From Octopus sinensis (lineage: Eukaryota): a stretch of DNA of 64,000 bases. Positions 52,534 to 64,000 of the stretch are shown here, piece by piece; position 1 is the first letter of the stretch, and each line of letters starts with the position of its first letter. The notes under the pieces are model-generated. The model was not told the origin of the DNA. It saw nothing but the letters and a program-made list of their open reading frames with translations, and did no database searches. Where the stretch lies: positions 84,258,001-84,322,000 of the forward strand of contig NC_043003.1 in assembly GCF_006345805.1 (NCBI RefSeq), read 5' to 3'. Both the position numbers and the translations under genes were made by a program.

Positions 52534-53478
52534 TCAAAATAAGAGCAAAAACAACTAAAATAAGAGTCAAAACAATTCAATAGCCACAAATTAGTGTCCT
52601 TTGTCACTTTAGTGACGTATATATTTCTACCTTTAGGTTGTAAAATTGCGTATAAGCCAGCCAAGAGTAATCAACACCAAAGCATGGATAATAAATTCTT
52701 TAATAATATGCACTTTAAATTTTCAGTACCTGTGGTTTTATACTTAAGGATTGAAAATTAAATTGAAAATCGCTACGTAAGGCACCAGCATGAAACCACT
52801 GGTACTAGACAAAAATTTAACGTGAATCCTATTAACGTATACACACACAAATATACACAATACACATGCATATGTATATTGAGAATTAATTTCATAGTGA
52901 TGTCTGTTCAGATAAAAAAAAAAAACAAAAAAAAACAGATGAATATTGAATCTTTTTCGAAACATAATTCAAAATTAAGTCATAAATCAAAACAGTAGCA
53001 TGAACTATGTTGAATTTATGTGTAATTTTATCAAAATATGTATCAAACAACGGAATATGATCTCTTTATGGAACTCTCTCCTTTGAGTGTTTTCTCAATA
53101 GAAGGGTGAAGATATGATCACGTGACAATATATTTTTTTAGATTACATTAGTTTAGGTGTATCTCTAACCTATTCACCTCAATGGAAAATGTTTTGAACA
53201 ATACATACGCAAGATTGTATGTAGGTATGTATGTAGGTACGCATATATGTATGTATGTATGCATGTATGTATGTATGCATGTATGTGTATATGTGTGTGG
53301 GTGTATATATAAGTGTGTGTGTGAAATATGTATGTTATATATATATCCGTGTGTGTATGTGTGCATGTATGTATTTGTCAGTGTGCATTTGTGCGTTGAG
53401 TATCTGTTTGGATATATTTATATATCTCATCTGTTTGTGAATAAGCATACATCGTTATACACAAATAATTTTCACTAC

Positions 53479-53515
<37 letters not shown>

Positions 53516-53602
53516 CTTTCTCTCTCTCTCCTTCGTTCTATCTATTTGTCTGTCTTTATTTCTCTCAAATATATATGCTGCTTCTTCATTTGTGCATGCA
53601 TG

Positions 53603-53640
<38 letters not shown>

Positions 53641-54101
53641 AATGTGGATATGAAACAAATGTGTACTAGAATCCGCGGCTATAAACACCTAAGACTCATT
53701 AAACGAGGACTTAGAGAGGAAGAGGCAGAAGAGGAGGAACACAAAACAGGTAGAAAGAAATCAGTGTCCCTGGAGGTAACAAAATATAATTGTGGTGCGC
53801 GTGTGCATGCCTGCGTGCGTGCGTGTGCATGCGCGTGTGTGTGTGTGTGTGTATAGCTTCTATCGATCGGTCCAGTTGTGACGTCACAATTGGTATACTA
53901 GCAAGGAAGGAAGCCCTGCGATTTGCATTATTTTTATGAGAGGTGTAACAGTAGCAGCCGCTATAACAAGCATACCAATACCATTATTGCTGTCCCCACC
54001 CATCACCAACACCAAAACTACTATGGCCAACAACAACCTCTGTAGATGATACATTAATAGTGACTACAATAATAATAATAGAAATAATAATAATAATAAT
54101 G

Positions 54102-54152
<51 letters not shown>

Positions 54153-54717
54153 TATTTAAAAAATTAGCAGCAGGAATTTCAGTCGCTACGATTGTCGTTA
54201 TTTGCGAGAGCATCAGCAGCAACTTCAACAACGGTGGATATTAAGAGTCAACATTATCAAGCCTGCCACAGCAATATCAGTAGGCGCAACTATGGTTACT
54301 AGAGGCAACATTATCAGCCAGAACAACTGTAGCAATTGCAACAGTTGGTTATCTGCACTAACATTATCAACCGCCTCCAACTACAATAATCGCGTTATGA
54401 ACCTCGCAACAATAATTATCAACAGTTCTAAAAGTTGTTTATGTGGCAATGTTATGAAGCACAACCACAACAAACTGTAGCATTTTGCATCAGTTGTTTG
54501 TGAGAAACATCAATGACAAACAACACCTACAATAGTGCTTTGTTAGAGAGCAACTTTTCAACCACAACAAGAGGTGTAAATAGTTGTAAACTGACGCAAG
54601 CAGTAACAGTAATTTCAGCAAGAAGTCAAATAGTAGTAGCAACAAGGTTGGCTGATTTTAATAATTAAACAACTGAGGTGGCGATCTCAACAACAACAAA
54701 TCTAATGATCCATGTTT

Positions 54718-55083
54718 ACTATAGGCACAATGCCTGGAATTTGTGAGGAGGGGACTAGTGGACTACATCGACGCCATTGTTTGATGAAAGGCACAGTCAA
54801 CATTAGCAGAATTTGAACTCATTTTGTCTGGCGTAGCTAACCACTCTGCCACCTCGCCGACTTCACAACACATTTAATTATCCTTTCTGCTATAGGTACA
54901 TGGCCTGAAATTTTAGGGGAAAGCACTAGTCGATTATATTGACATCAGTGCTCGACTAGTACTTATTTTATCGACCCCGAAAGGATGAAAGGCAAAGTCA
55001 ACCTTGGCGGAATTTGAACTCAGAACGTAAAGACGGATGAAATGCCGCTAAGCATGCTAACAATTCTGTCAGCTCGATGCCTT
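54718..55083 (-). mobile_element. Two tandem SINE family B copies (second near full length)
   Basis: Two TAGGCACAATGCCTGGAATT/TAGGTACATGGCCTGAAATT starts; core TTATCGACCCCGAAAGGATGAAAGGCAAAGTC in the second. Confidence 0.82.
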
Positions 55084-55124
55084 GACAACATCAATAAAAA
55101 TGCTATCAAATCATGAAGATTGTA

Positions 55125-55320
55125 AGTACGTGGCCGCTCGACCTAATAAAAATAACAACTACATCTCCCACATATAACATCCTACTGCTTTGAAAACGGA
55201 AGATCATATTGGGTAGAGAGGTTCAGAATATGTAAATAGACAAGATGGCCACACCTATAACGTATTTTGATTACAGCTCTGCTGGATCGCTGTTGTTCTG
55301 GGGCTTCACAGCAGCAGCAA
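55125..55320 (+). mobile_element. Family C repeat ending in a CAG/CAA tail
   Basis: TACGTGGCCGCTCGACCTAA...TCTGCTGGATC...GGGGCTTCACAGCAGCAGCAAC. Confidence 0.55.
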
Positions 55321-55546
55321 CAGCTATAACAAAATAGTATTTATCCTCAAGCACACCCTTTGTGATGATATATGAAAGGCGGTCATCCGAAACATGATAA
55401 ACAAGCGGTTCTGCTCCTGCGAAATGTCAACATTTTCACCATGGTGCCAAGGATACTGTCTCGATGGTGTCACACAACATGCTAAAACTAGCAAACAAGT
55501 CCTCCTCGAAAGCGAAAAAAAAGAAGAAAGAAAACGATCATTTTAA

Positions 55547-55748
55547 CCCTTCTGATACCAACCCTCCTGAGAATACCCCTGGTTCAATGATACAAGATTC
55601 TTGTTTTAAAATTATCTTCAAATTTAGCGTTAATTTATATCCCAAATACTAACTTAATGATAAATTATTTTAGTAAATTCTTCTTTATTTTGCAAAACTA
55701 ACTGAAACGAACCTAGTGCGTTTCAACAGAAACATGGTAACAAAAGGG
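55547..55748. mobile_element. piggyBac-like MITE
   Basis: TTAA|CCCTTCTGATACCA ... TGGTAACAAAAGGG|TAAT; 12 of 14 TIR positions match; right TSD degenerate. Confidence 0.7.
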
Positions 55749-56996
55749 TAATAAAAAGACGTAGTGAATAATGTAGTTTGCTAAAAGACAGGATGGTCAT
55801 GACTGGAATGTATTTGATTATGAAATTCTGCGATGACAACATCAACAAGAACAATATTGACAACAATGGCTACAGCAGCAGATTAAAGTTGCAGCAACTG
55901 TGGGAAATTTTATCACAGTAGTCGCTGCACCGATTAACTGCAAGCAACTGCAGCAAAAATATACAACATACAGATGCAATTTCAAGAGCAGCCATTTTAA
56001 TAATGGTTGTCTATAATAACAAAACAAATGATAATATTAGAATAACTGCATTAAAATCTGCAGTAGTTGCAGCTGCATTCGCAAAAATAGCAATAGCATC
56101 ATCATCACCACCACCACCACCACTACCACCACCAGTAATAATGTTGTTGTTGCTGTTGCAATGTTTTTTACCCCTAGGTTAGAATTGATTGAGTTTTCCA
56201 GAGATGGCCATCTTAACTCATTTTCAAGTATGGTTTATCTAGGACTATATCGTCCAATGTGTCCCTACTATTGTTTCAGGCTTTGTTTTTGAAGGATTTC
56301 TTCTAAGTAACTGATTTGAGGGCGACTATGGCTGCTAATTCTGTCAAACCTAACAACCACGCAGAGTAGTAGTAGTAGTAGTAGTAGTAGTTGCAACGAC
56401 AACAACTTTCAACAGCAACAGTAGTAGAATTGCTGTTGTACAACTGTTAACGCCACCAAACAAGCAGTAGATAAACAGATGCACCCGGTTCTTCAACATC
56501 ATCAGCAACGACAACAACGACGACAACAACGGCAGCAACAGAAATGCAGATGCACAATCATCATCATCATCAACAATAGACTAGCTTCTGCATCATCGTC
56601 AACAATAACAGCAGTAGATTAAATGCTGCACCATCATCACCACTATAGTCAGCAGCAGCAACAGAAAGAGAATGACTGCACCAAACACCAATGAATTTAC
56701 AATTGCACATTGCACTAGCATCAAGAACAACAGGTGCAATAAAGATTGCAGTTAAAAGACAGAGCAGCAGTTTGTGCTAACAGAAATAACTGCAAATTTT
56801 ATCAACGATCGCTGCAGTTGCAGCAGATGACAACTACAGTAGCAGCAACAACTGCAGCAGCAGTATCTACATTATTGGTAGTTAGATGCACCGACTACAA
56901 TCGCTGCAACAACACCAGTAGCAGCAGTACTGACAACAGCAGTAGTTGCAACTGTCGAAGCACCCGTAACAGCAGCAGTAATAATGGTGATGATGA

Positions 56997-57071
<75 letters not shown>

Positions 57072-57394
57072 CACAGCAGCAGCAGCAGTAAAAACTTCAT
57101 GAACAGAAAGTAGCGAAGAAATATTTAGATGGTCGCTCAAATGTCTAGAAGTAGCAGCCAAACCTCCCTCAAAATCACTTCTCTCGGTCTGAATAAAAGG
57201 GAGCACATTAAATAAATGTAGTTCCAGATTTACTATGCCAAAAATAAAGACCGTGTATCAATGCTGAATGCCCTTTCGTTATTGGTCGACATAATTAGAG
57301 TTGTCTTGGGCCTATACAGTAGCAGTACTAACTCTAGGTACATTGACTACACAATAACGAACGGCGATTTTGCGAAGTCGTCACAGTATAGGAT

Positions 57395-57800
57395 ATAATT
57401 ACTTGCAGTATTTCGTCAGGCTCGCTGCGCTTTGGGTTCGAATCCCGGCGATGCCAATTTTGATTTTCATCCTTTCGAGACCGATAAAATAAGGTACCGG
57501 TCCAGGACAATGAGAAAGGGAAATGGTTAGAGCATTAGATGGGATGTTGTACTGTACTTGTTCGGGACTCTACGTTCTGATTGCAAATCTCCTCGAGATC
57601 AACTTAACAGTTCATCCTTCTGGGGTTAAAGAAATAAAAAAAAAACCAGTTAATGTGGTGGATTGGCACAATTTTTTGCGGGTTGGTCGAGATCATTTTT
57701 GACATATGTTCCTGATTTTTGGCGTTCTGAGTTCTTCGGGCGGTGGACTGAATCCGCCACCCAGTTGAATACTCAGTTGAAAAGGCACGGTGAGTACCTT
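57395..57800 (+). mobile_element. Cluster of old SINE family B fragments
   Basis: TTTTCATCCTTTCGAGACCGATAAAATAAGGTACC and repeated GTTCTGA...CAAAT motifs. Confidence 0.6.
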
Positions 57801-58099
57801 TGGTGGAGTCCTCTCTGTATATACAATAACATTTTGCCTTCATCTCATTAAACCCGGAGGTCTTAAAAAGATAATGGCTCATCGGCGCTGCCCTCCCTTC
57901 TTTTGGCAAAATGGTGAAAAAATCTTAGAACAAGAACAGTAAAAATTAAAATAACTGTATAGAATGATTGTAATAAGAATACATTAGTTGGTGTATTCCT
58001 TGGTACACTTTATCTGAAAGTGTGAATAACTGGAGCGACTCTGATTGTAAGTCTGTCCCACGGAACAAGACTAACGATAGCAACAAGTGTCAATGAGAG

Positions 58100-58295
58100 C
58101 GCCTGTACGTGGTTACTCGAATAGCTAGAAATATCAGCTAAATTTGTCTCAAATCAAAAACTATCGTCTTGAAAATTAATATGGTCATGGATTCTCTATA
58201 CATAGGAAAGAATGGAATGGTCACTGCTGGAACGCTTTTGATCGTAGGTCTACCCGATCAGAGATGATCTCGTTCTAAACAACAACAATAACAAT
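58100..58295 (+). mobile_element. Family C repeat with (CAA)n tail
   Basis: TACGTGGTTACTCGAATAGCTAGAAATATCAGC...GATCGTAGGTCTACCCGATCAG...CTAAACAACAAC. Confidence 0.65.
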
Positions 58296-58574
58296 TACAA
58301 TTGTTGTTGCATTAATATTATGATCAACAAAAATAGTTGGAACTGCTATTAATAAAATATTAGCAACAACAATAGTTGCAATAAGGCAATCATAATAATC
58401 ATCATCATCATCATGAAGATCTACGTTATCATCATCATCATCATCATCATCATTGTTAGCTATTGCAGCTAGTTGCTAGAATAGCATCAACGATAGTAGC
58501 TGCACAGATAGGAAATAAATACAGCAACAGTAACTGAGCTGCACATTATTACTGTTGCATCTGTATTGTTGATC

Positions 58575-58770
58575 ACGGTTGATTGTTTAACCACAGGTCA
58601 ACTCTGATTGAGCAAACCTGTGACCAAAAGACAATCTAGTCTGGAACATCTGAGTTACACTGTCTTCAGTGTTTTTTTTTTTCAGTTAATTTTTTTTTAA
58701 GATAAACGGGTATATCCAAAGAAGTTTGGTTAGCATTTCTAATAGGTCGAGCGACCCATTAGAAATACAA
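58575..58770 (-). mobile_element. Family C repeat, inverted relative to 58100-58295
   Basis: GTTTAACCACAGGTCAACTCTGATTGAGCAAACC and ATTTCTAATAGGTCGAGC. Confidence 0.6.
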
Positions 58771-58802
58771 GCTAGGGTCCCCTTGTTAATAAGTGTTATA
58801 AC

Positions 58803-59465
58803 ATGATAATGAAGATGAAGAAGATGATGATGATGATAATGATAAAGAAGAGGTGGAAGAAGAAGAAGAAGAAGAAGAAGGTGACGAGCGAGAAGAGGTG
58901 GAAGACGAGGAGAAGAAGATGATGAGAGGGAAGAGGAAGAAGAAGAAGAAGAAGAAGAAGAAGAAGGTAATGAGAAAGAAGAGGTAGAAGAAGATAAAGA
59001 AGAGGTGGAAGAAGAGGGAGAAGAAGTGGATGAAAGGGAAGAAGTAGAAGAAGAAGATAAAGAAGAAGGAGGTGATGAGGATGAAGAGGTGGAAGATGAG
59101 GGAGAAGAAGGTGATGAGAGGGAAGAGGTAGAAGAAGATAAAGAAGAGGTGGAAGAAGGTGATGAGAGAGAAGAGGTAGAAGATAAGAGGTGGAAGAGGG
59201 AGAAGAAGGTGATGAGAGGAAAGAGGTAGAAGAAGAGGAAGAAGAAGAGGGGGAAGAAGAAGAAGGTGACGCAGAAGATATGGAAGAAGAGGGAAAGGGT
59301 GATGTGAGGGAAGAGGTAGAAGACGAAAAAGATAAAGAAGAGGTGAAAGAAGAAGGTGATGAGAGAGAAGAGATAGATGATAAGAGGAGGAAGAGGGAGA
59401 AGAAGGCGATGAAAGGAAAGAAGAAGAAGAAGAAGAAAGAAGAAGAAGAAGAAGAAGAAATAATG
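58803..59465. repeat. GAA/GAT/GAG-derived tract with ~51-bp higher-order units
   Basis: Recurrent GAAGAAGGTGATGAGAGRGAAGAGGTAGAAGA; the Glu-rich reading is broken by frame shifts. Confidence 0.8.
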
Positions 59466-59524
59466 GAAACAAAGCAAGATTTAAGAGGTAGTGTGCGGAT
59501 GATAAAGAGAGAGCAATACAAGTC

Positions 59525-59720
59525 TCTGTAGGGTGCAGCTATATATGGTCGATCCATACGCTAGTTATAACAGCCAAATCTATTTCAAATCACACCACCG
59601 CAGGCTTAAAAATGAAAAATATACGAAATAATTTAGATGAAGGTACATTAGGGCTAAAACAAATCCAAATGGTTATGAGTTGGAGCGACTTTGAATTCAA
59701 GTTTACATAATCAGGGCACA
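59525..59720 (+). mobile_element. Family C repeat
   Basis: GGTCGATCCATACGCTAGTTATAACAGCCAAATC...AAATCACACC...CTTAAAAA. Confidence 0.5.
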
Positions 59721-60039
59721 CCAAGAGAGGAAATCCTATCCATGTTTATGTGTTTTTAAAGAAGTACGTGTACGTTTGGGTGCGTGTGCATGTGGAGGCG
59801 TGTGTGTGTGTGTGTGTGTATACATAACTGAGTGTATTTGCGCAGATGTATCTTTTCCTGTAATTAGGTAAGTAAATATGTATCGAGATATATGTATGTA
59901 TGTACGTATGAATGTTTGTTCTTATGTATTTATTCAAGTCCAAAGTACAAGAGCTCTTAATCAGAAACTTCAATACATAATGAACGCACACATACGCACA
60001 TATGTTCGTACGTCCGGCACTAGTCGTCATGAGAGATCG

Positions 60040-60224
60040 TTAGCCACTACACACATTTTTCTCTCTCCTTGTTTCTCTCCTTGTCTTTTCTGTGTCCCTT
60101 TCTGTAGAAGAGCGTAGGCTCGAAACGTAAAAGACTTTTTTCTATTCCTGAGCGTTATACTAATTTATCTGTTTGTTTTGTACACCACCTGTCTTCATCG
60201 TTTGTTGTTTTCGTAAAATCTCCC
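60040..60224 (+). mobile_element. Penelope-like terminal remnant, type P1
   Basis: CTTT-CTGTAGA-A-GAGC[GTAG]GCTC-GAAA-CGTA-AAAG; followed by (TA)n; same ends as the 37 kb copy. Confidence 0.72.
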
Positions 60225-60654
60225 GATATATATATATATAATTTGCTTGCACAATCGCGCGCGCCTACGAACATACAGCCACACACCATATATATATATT
60301 CTCGAGTCAACCCAAATATTATGAATAAAACTGGGTAGAGGGTAGATAGAAACTGTGTTAAAGCCTGTTGGATTCATTGTACCTACTATTCAAAGAATCA
60401 GCTTCGTCATACACTATATCACGCTGATTCCACCTGATGATATATATAATCATTATTATCATTATTAATTAGAGTTTAGAAGGATATATCATCAGGGCGG
60501 TACATAACTGGTGGATCTCAGTTATGTTCCAGGTTACAGCTAACCACATCGATTAGTATGACTACCATGAGTTGTCACTCACGCTGTAAAATTCGTCCGA
60601 TAGGTAATTCTGTATTCGTTTCTCTGAATAGTAATATTATCTGCAGTGTACGTT

Positions 60655-60764
60655 AGCAATAATTATAACAATAGAGAATATGGAGATTGGTATATCCTCA
60701 CAATAAAAGGAAATAAATTTTGAGGCTGTACCAATCTCCATATTCTATATCGTTATAATTATTG

Positions 60765-60766
<2 letters not shown>
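60655..60766. repeat. 46-bp-arm hairpin with 20-nt loop
   Basis: Arms 60655-60700 and 60721-60766; 42 of 46 positions are Watson-Crick complementary. Confidence 0.92.
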
Positions 60767-60833
<67 letters not shown>

Positions 60834-60840
60834 AAATATA

Positions 60841-60975
60841 TTTAAATATTATAAACTTCACTGTGAATTGAATAAGAAAGTAAACATGCTGCAAAATGTG
60901 GGAGAGATTCTCCTGACGGACTGTTTCGCGGTTTGTTGACCGCTCTTCAGAGAAAATATATCAGGATTCCTTCCC
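60841..60975 (-). mobile_element. Penelope-like terminal remnant, type P3
   Basis: Hammerhead core followed (on minus) by an AT-rich tail ending at (TA)n; the tail recurs at 61673-61758. Confidence 0.55.
60911..60966 (-). ncRNA. Type I hammerhead ribozyme motif (P3)
   Basis: CTGAAGA-GCGGT[CAACAA]ACCGC-GAAA-C-A-G-TC: exact core, perfect 5-bp stem II, GUC triplet; stem I only distal (TCCTGA/TCAGGA). Confidence 0.62.
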
Positions 60976-61379
60976 TAATTAAAAGCATAGACGAACTTCT
61001 CATAAAACAGTCATGAATTTGGCTGCTAACACCATATTTCTGCACAAAACAGTGTAAATAAGAAAAGTGAAATAAATTTAAATATCATAATGCATCACTG
61101 TGGATTAAAGAAGCATAAGAACGGCTTTACATTCTTTCTGTTCAGTATGCAACGAAAATGTTAAAATTGTCAACCTCTTTGTATTTCAATGTTCAAAAAT
61201 AGATTGTAAGAGATGTGATCTTCGTTTCAGAAGAATGAAATGAGGTTATGAAAGTGACTTTTAAAATTTCTTTCAGTCATACTTATGTAATGGTTTGTAG
61301 TAATGTCGTTAACGCTGTTATTGAATATGCTTCAGCAGAATAGATTCATGCTTTTCGCAGCAGTTATATTTGATTCAGA

Positions 61380-61432
<53 letters not shown>

Positions 61433-62099
61433 GTCCAAATAGTGGTCATCCCTCTTATATGTATACACACGCACACACACACACACATATATATACATAC
61501 ATACATACACGTGTGTGTGTGTTTATTTGCGTGGGTACCGCGTGTAAACTTCTTTCGAGGTAATAAATCATTTAGATAAGACATATTGAATATTGGTTGT
61601 GCAACTATAAATTGACCTGCGATCGAATAACGTAACGACCTACATAAGTATTTTTCACATATAAGGATGTCGTTTAAATATTATAAACCTCACTGTGAAT
61701 TGAATTAGAAAGTAAACATTAATCCTATGACATGCTGCAAAATGTGGGAGAGATTCTCATGAAAACGACTGACTGGAAAAAATTCACTGACCAACATATA
61801 ACAATCACTGATTGTCTTATAAATCCTCTGCTTCCCATTTGCAATATCAGCTACAATCGAATGTACTTGCAAGTTGAGCATGATCTCCTCTCAAGTCCAC
61901 TCGATGCTCTAGTATCTCATTCCCCCGTTATTCCCTAATGTTTCACTTCGCAAGTCTCACACTGGAGACTTTGTCACAACTGAAACCGTGTAAAAAGATT
62001 GATAAACGCGGATCTTGAAACTGAACATAAACCGTAACAATCTTACTTGTTTCGACGGTATACAAATAAATAGCTATCGCTTTTTACACAACAGAGCAT

Positions 62100-62420
62100 A
62101 TTCGAATGGTTAGAAAGTTCGATTTGCAATGATAAGGACTCAGCCTCGATACCACTGCGTGGCACCTTGGACAAATGTCTTATACTATATTCTTGAGTCA
62201 ACCCAAATATTATGAATAAAACTGGGTTGATGGTAGATGGAAAATGTGTTAAAGCCTTTTGGATTCATTGTACCTACAATTCAAAGAATCAGCTTCGTCA
62301 CACACTATATCACGCTGATTCCACCTGATGATTACGTTAAGAGTACACATGTCTATGGAATGATCAGCGACTTACCTTTTGATTCAAACAGCTGGTAATT
62401 CAGTTGATCGGACAACAAAA
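62100..62420 (+). mobile_element. Old SINE with family A-like head and a different body
   Basis: CCACTGCGTGGCACCTTGGACAAATGTCTT head; 62186-62332 is duplicated at 60295-60441. Confidence 0.6.
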
Positions 62421-63354
62421 TACTTCTCGTCATATTGTTAAACGTTCTGTATCCGAAAGAATAATACTTTCAGTAGTACGCCAGCTCTTTACTTGAAACT
62501 TAGTATCACTATTTTTGAGAGCCAGGTTAATTGAGATAAGAGATTTTATAGCCCACGCTTTTTCAAAATATAACGAAATATATGCAAGCAAATTTAGACA
62601 CACAATTGACAAGACTATCTGATGCAAGGGTACGTAGCAAGTATTATTTACCTAAACGCACTTAACATACACACAAATGGACAAATGCTCTCTTTAATAA
62701 GTGATAGCTAATGTATTTGGCTGTAAATGAGTACCATCTACGTGCAAGTGCACCTGTCATTCTTCAGTAGTTACATCCTCACTGTCACTAGGTCAAAAGG
62801 TGAGGAGCCCGAGAGGGTGTCTATGTCTACTTTCGATGACACAGATACCTAAAACGACAAACAATAACATGGTACATGTTACAAACCCTATATAAGACAC
62901 TATATATGCTATGTTAACAGAAGTCTTAAATTCAGTATCGTATATATTTCTTTTCAACTTGCTTTTATTACTTTTTATCTTTCTGTGATAAAAACAGCTC
63001 TCGAATTGTTAAACTCTCTCCTGTCTTATTCTTTGTGTATTTATATTTTCGTGTAACTCTTCTTCTTTTCTTGTTTAAGGTTTTTATAATTTCTACACTT
63101 TTCTATCAGTACTTCGCTTGTTTAATTCCATGTGTTGTTTGTTTTGTATCCTCCTTGCCTCATAATCTTTCTAGATTCATTTGTGTGATTTTCATTTTCT
63201 TATACCCTGCCTTTGCATAATGAATTATGGCTTGAACGTGGCATCACTAGCTTACCTTTTCTCAGTGGTAGTTGAATAATTATGTGAGTGGTTGGGTGGT
63301 TGGGTAATTATAGATTATATATTAATTTCATCATGTTAAACAGTTAATCCCTAC

Positions 63355-63541
63355 AATTTTTTTCTCTCGCCGTTTTTTTTTTTTTTGTTCTCTCTCTTCA
63401 TTTTTTCCCCCACTTTCCTTTCTGTCGAAGATCGTAGGCTCGAAACATCAATGACTTTTCCATTCTTCTCGAACGTCAAACTAATACACCTGCTTATTGT
63501 TCCCTCATCTGTTCGTCTTTTGTTTTCTGGAAATTTGAACT
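63355..63541 (+). mobile_element. Penelope-like terminal remnant, type P1 (second subfamily)
   Basis: CTTT-CTGTCGA-A-GATCGTAGGCTC-GAAA-CATC; tail CGTCAAACTAATA shared with the 30.9 kb copy; followed by (TA)n. Confidence 0.62.
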
Positions 63542-64000
63542 ATATATATATATAAACCTACAAATCCAACTGAGATCGTAACCTAGAACAGCAACAGCTA
63601 AATATAATTATACTCACATCTTGTATCGAGTACTTTTCTTTACGTTCGTTATAAGCAGCATATATATATATACCCATATACCTTTATGTATGTGTGTATA
63701 CCACCCCCACATAAACACACACACACACACACACACACAACACAACACACATATGAAAGAGATTCATAGTTATATAGAGTATTGACAGATTCACATATTC
63801 CATTTGCAAATATCAATGGTAATATAATTTTTTGTGTGTCAAATACTAGTAACAGAATCATGCAGAATGTTTGAGAGTGAAGTGTAAAAGAGCTGAAATG
63901 AACACTGATAGAAAAGAGAAAAAAAAACTGCTTAGAAGAAAGAAATAAAATGATACACAACTGTAGCTGTGTGTATGTAATAAAATCAAATCAATACATG

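Larger units (their letters stand above)
53940..58560. repeat. Field of degenerate CAA/CAG/TAG/AAT/CAT triplets interleaved with SINE B and family C copies
   Basis: Direct reading; includes pure (AAT)n at ~54068-54152 and (GTA)n at ~57005-57070. Confidence 0.75.

Noticed and set aside
56746-57206. Ser/Thr/Ala- and Leu-run ORFs
   Set aside because: Products of degenerate triplet repeats and the (GTA)n tract.

Overview
AT-rich, repeat-saturated eukaryotic DNA, most likely from an octopus (coleoid cephalopod), judged by its recurrent SINE families and extreme microsatellite load. I found no rRNA, true tRNA gene, CRISPR array or intact protein-coding gene that I can name. Almost every ORF in the supplied track is a translation of microsatellite or low-complexity DNA. 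What is supported: (i) many copies of three SINE-like families plus one copy of a fourth (my labels A-D); (ii) adjacent 5'-truncated LINE fragments, one CR1-type and one L1/Tx1-type; (iii) short Penelope-like terminal remnants next to (TA)n tracts, carrying hammerhead-ribozyme motifs of three different sequence types; (iv) several MITE-like foldbacks; (v) a ~4 kb purine-rich tract, a degenerate ~36-bp minisatellite and a 100-N gap; (vi) a few low-confidence candidate exons on both strands. Most interesting are the hammerhead motifs and two SINE-LINE shared 3' tails visible inside this one window: SINE A with CR1, including a covarying stem-loop, and a young SINE B with the L1/Tx1 fragment. All alignments were done by eye, so diverged repeat boundaries are approximate (tens of bp).
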